Shown here in pieces: positions 61,768 to 64,000 of a stretch of 64,000 bases of DNA. Made by a program: the position numbers and the translations under genes. Under the pieces are notes generated by a model, which had not been told where the DNA came from, made no database searches, and was given only the letters and a program-made list of their open reading frames with translations. How positions within the stretch are numbered: position 1 is the first letter of the stretch; every line of letters begins with the position of its first letter. Source of the stretch: Gammaproteobacteria bacterium (GTDB lineage Bacteria > Pseudomonadota > Gammaproteobacteria > Ga0077536); assembly GCA_963662545.2 (NCBI GenBank), contig CAXXLL010000003.1, forward strand, positions 2,016,001-2,080,000, read 5' to 3'.

Positions 61768-62004
61768 TTAATCCACGTCGGGAATCGTGAAATGCTGGAT
61801 ATCGATCGCTCTTAGGAGTTGCAACATGAAAGAAGCCTTAAATGCACCCCGGTTGATCTTCGTTGAGAGGGACGATGGCGTCTCCTCTATACCCAATCGC
61901 CGGAGCCGTCGCGAGAGTTCGGGATAATTTACCCCCTTCAGTGACAGCGCCGATTTTACTATGCGCGTTGCCATCTGTTCCCACCCTTGATCGGTATCGC
62001 CCAT
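61768..62004 (-). CDS. Small HTH-like protein (DUF6471-like)
   Basis: K..L...GV.Y.EL..RL..LG..ET......KINRG.F. Confidence 0.7.
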   Translation of the reverse strand: MGDTDQGWEQMATRIVKSALSLKGVNYPELSRRLRRLGIEETPSSLSTKINRGAFKASFMLQLLRAIDIQHFTIPDVD

Positions 62005-62277
62005 AATCCTTTTCTCTGATCGATTTTCGAACCTTGTTCCGCCCCGCAAACGTGCTATAGGCGTGGCCCAACTTGCTAAGATTTAATACTTGGGGCCCTA
62101 CGGCGCTCCTTTTATGGCATGGTGCTTTGCACTAATTTAGACGAAAAGGCCCGAGAAGTAACTAAAAACGTTAAAAATATACTAAAAAGCACGTTTATGA
62201 ATGAATTATTTTGAAAACGAGATTATTCAGCCTATAATTCGTGCGGCAACGGATGAACGGTGTCCACGGGGAGCCCG

Positions 62278-63981
62278 ATGATTTCACCTCAACGGCGACT
62301 GGATCTAGCGGTTTTAGTCATCTTGGCGATCGGCGCCGGGTGCGGTCTGGTCTACGAATTTCTTTTATCCCACTACGCGGGACGGGTGCTCGGCGCGGTC
62401 GAGGTCGCCATCTTTGGCATCATTACCGTGATGATGGTTTTCATGGGGGTGGGCTCGTTTCTGGCCCGTAAAATCGCTAACCCATACGTCGGTTTCGCCT
62501 GGCTCGAAGTCCTTCTCGCGCTGCTGGGCAGCACCAGCGTGCTGCTCATTGGCGGCCTGTTCGCACTTTCCGAGCTGTTTCCAAAAATATTGATGGAAAC
62601 CTTTTCCATCACCGAGGATCTGAGGCCCACCGGTGGCGTGATCGAGACGGTGCGAACCATTGTTACCCTTTCCCCTTACGTTTTCGGGGCCATTCTCGGC
62701 ACGATGATCGGCATGGAGATCCCCTTGATCGGAGAGATCCGGGTCAGGATATTCGACAACACGCTCAAGAATAACGTGGGCGCCATTTACGGTATCGACT
62801 ATATCGGGGCCGGAGTAGGCGCGACCTTATGGTTGGTATTCATGCTGGCGATGGACGTCTCACTTGCGGGCGCGGTGACCGCGTCGATCAATCTATTGTT
62901 AGGCATTGCGTTCTGCATACTCTTCCGAGGCGAGATTAAACGGCCGGCGGCATTATTGGCGGCCTATGCCCTAACCGGAATCGTCATCATGCAGGTGTAT
63001 GACAAAGGCGCGGACTGGTCGGCCTCGATCGAGGATTTACTTTATCGAGACCAGGTTCTATTCCGTGTCAATACCGATCATCAAAGGCTGGTCGTCACTG
63101 AGAGAACGATGGATCCCGCGAAGCCGACCGTGCTGAGTTTTTATATAAATGGACGGATTCAGTTCGCCAGCAATGACGAACACATTTATCATGCGATGTT
63201 GACCTACCCAGCCTTGGCGGCATCTGCGCGTCAGGAGAAAATTTTGATCATTGGCGGAGGCGACGGACTCGCATTGCGGGATGTTTTGCGCTGGGATCCC
63301 AAAACCGTGACGCTACTCGACTTGGACGAAGATCTGGTGCGTTTGTTTCGGGACGAGGTGTCGGGCTCGGTGGACAATGCCCGTCTAATTGAGGCCAACG
63401 ACCGAGCATTCAGCGATCCGCGTGTTGAAACACGCTTTGGCGACGCGTTCTTGACCGTGAACGGATTACTCAGGAACGAAGAAGTATTCGACGCCATCAT
63501 CGTCGACCTCCCGGATCCCTCGCACCCTGATTTGAACAAATTGTACAGCGCCCGATTTTACGCGAAGCTGAACGCGTTGTTGGCCGGAGACGGAGCGATG
63601 GCGGTGCAATCGACCAGCCCCTATCACGCGAAGAAAACTTTTATCAGTATAGGCAAGACCGTTCGGCATTCGGGCTTTTATCACGTCGAGCAGTATCACG
63701 CCAATGTCCCGTCATTTGGTGAGTGGGGTTGGACCATCGCCGTTAAGAACGGTAATTCCGCTCGCGATCGCATCACCGAAATGAAGTCCCCACCAGTGGA
63801 TGATGAGTGGATTACGAAGGGCCTGATGCTCGCCGCGTTCGAGTTTGAAAAAGGTTTTTACGACGACCAGGAAGCCATTGAGGTCAATCGCCTCGGAACC
63901 ATGGTGGTCTATCGGTATCACCATAACGATTGGCGCCGTGATATGGGTATCTATCAATTACCAGAAGGAGAAGACCATTGA
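62278..63981 (+). CDS. speE: Membrane-bound polyamine aminopropyltransferase (spermidine synthase-like)
   Basis: About seven TM segments; GMEIPL, DYIGA, QF...DE..YH, GGGDGL, VDLPDP, PSFGEWG. Confidence 0.88.
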   Translation: MISPQRRLDLAVLVILAIGAGCGLVYEFLLSHYAGRVLGAVEVAIFGIITVMMVFMGVGSFLARKIANPYVGFAWLEVLLALLGSTSVLLIGGLFALSELFPKILMETFSITEDLRPTGGVIETVRTIVTLSPYVFGAILGTMIGMEIPLIGEIRVRIFDNTLKNNVGAIYGIDYIGAGVGATLWLVFMLAMDVSLAGAVTASINLLLGIAFCILFRGEIKRPAALLAAYALTGIVIMQVYDKGADWSASIEDLLYRDQVLFRVNTDHQRLVVTERTMDPAKPTVLSFYINGRIQFASNDEHIYHAMLTYPALAASARQEKILIIGGGDGLALRDVLRWDPKTVTLLDLDEDLVRLFRDEVSGSVDNARLIEANDRAFSDPRVETRFGDAFLTVNGLLRNEEVFDAIIVDLPDPSHPDLNKLYSARFYAKLNALLAGDGAMAVQSTSPYHAKKTFISIGKTVRHSGFYHVEQYHANVPSFGEWGWTIAVKNGNSARDRITEMKSPPVDDEWITKGLMLAAFEFEKGFYDDQEAIEVNRLGTMVVYRYHHNDWRRDMGIYQLPEGEDH

Positions 63982-64000
63982 ATGACAAGCTTAATGAAAT

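Overview
A GC-rich, proteobacterial-like accessory region with no rRNA, tRNA or CRISPR, dominated by catabolic enzymes. These include a Rieske oxygenase / NicX-like / maleate isomerase operon, P450, BVMO, acyl-CoA dehydrogenase, a ThDP enzyme, N,N-dimethylformamidase, three amidases and two GSTs. There is also a ColRS-like two-component locus with a TonB-dependent receptor and surface-glycan genes, and a speD/speE-like locus at the right end. The region is heavily reworked by mobile DNA: a truncated IS3, two 161-bp MITEs, REP-like arrays, and two islands bounded by direct repeats (427 bp and about 72-95 bp). The most striking observation is an IS91/ISCR-type rolling-circle transposase gene (30507-32452) that is almost intact apart from eight 47-72 bp structured mini-insertions. 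These belong to three families, share CA-GGGA-TG-type hairpins, and several sit in conserved motifs including the HUH. Removing them by hand, plus one 2-bp insertion, restores a 499-codon ORF. Other points of note are recurring 11-bp-periodic TTAACC boxes (a putative regulon), a candidate sRNA, and two in-frame amber codons. All calls come from motif recognition by eye; no database searches were run.
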